The notes beneath the pieces are model-generated. The model did no database searches. It worked only from the letters and a program-made list of their open reading frames with translations, and was not told where the DNA came from. Below are positions 63,382-64,000 of a stretch of DNA of 64,000 nucleotides, piece after piece (the stretch's first letter is position 1; each line of letters opens with the position of its first letter). The position numbers were made by a program, and so were the translations under genes. Where the stretch lies: assembly GCA_002633005.1 (NCBI GenBank), contig NMRA01000230.1, forward strand, positions 1-64,000. Reading direction: 5' to 3'. Origin of the DNA: Phoronis australis (lineage: Eukaryota > Animalia > Phoronida).

Positions 63382-64000
63382 CGGCAAAACATTCGAACAA
63401 GATAAGACAAGGAAATTTGTCGATGCATTTGGTCTGCGATTATTTGTTGACAAGTGCGAGACTTTTAAAGCAGAACAAAATTTCTATGTAAAAGGATTTT
63501 GGAACAAGGAAACCTAGCGGGGACGAAATGTTTAAATATGTGAAGTTTTTAATTCAACAGCAATAAGGGAGCAATAGGAAATTCGACTTCTCGAAAACTG
63601 CGTGTTACAAATGACGTAGTTCTAGAGGATGGTGACGACCTAACAGATATGGACTTTGTGTAACACTAACGGACAGACTTGCTATATCAGGCGTTGTTAC
63701 GTTCAAGTTAAATTGATGACTGTAGAGACAAAGATGCAAATTTAAATGTGTTTTTGCCTATGGTCAGAATTTTATTTTTCGATAAAGGATGCTGCTACTT
63801 GATTTGTTATCAATCATGTTTTCGATGAAATTGACTCATGCGGTGTAAACGATGTGGTTGTCTTTTCCTAGTATTTTTGAAATCTTGGACAGTATTTCTA
63901 ATCGTGAAGCTTAAAAACCTAGCTTACATAGACTAGAAACAGATTCAATTGGACTTCCGGTTTCACCTACCACTAATTGATTCAACTCGTACCTTCTTCC

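Overview
AT-rich (roughly 38% GC by eye), repeat-dense eukaryotic DNA with GT-AG introns, SINEs, DNA transposons, a solo LTR and frequent TACATGTA motifs. It is most consistent with a marine invertebrate genome; the species cannot be fixed from the sequence alone. Nearly all ORF-track entries are noise, but three spliced genes can be assembled by hand. Two are intact paralogs of a 4-exon, 124-aa secreted protein with a compact C-type-lectin-like signature: copy A (minus, 13872-17583) and copy B (plus, 31153-38603). A third copy C (about 45.9-51.3 kb) is a relic that has lost its coding exons. Copy B lies in an ~11.7-kb inversion flanked by a ~440-bp inverted duplication, so A and B are now back-to-back. 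The third gene (from 61513) encodes a secreted, Pro-poor, acidic Ser/Thr/Ala protein with 48 indel-free octapeptide repeats (A-S-D/E-S-S-T-A-x). Mobile elements include a hAT-like family with 5-bp target-site duplications (TSDs), Kolobok-type elements, Helentron/HINE-like elements, decayed Academ-like, hAT and THAP coding fragments, and a solo LTR with clustered heat-shock elements next to its TATA box. All alignments and identities were judged by eye.
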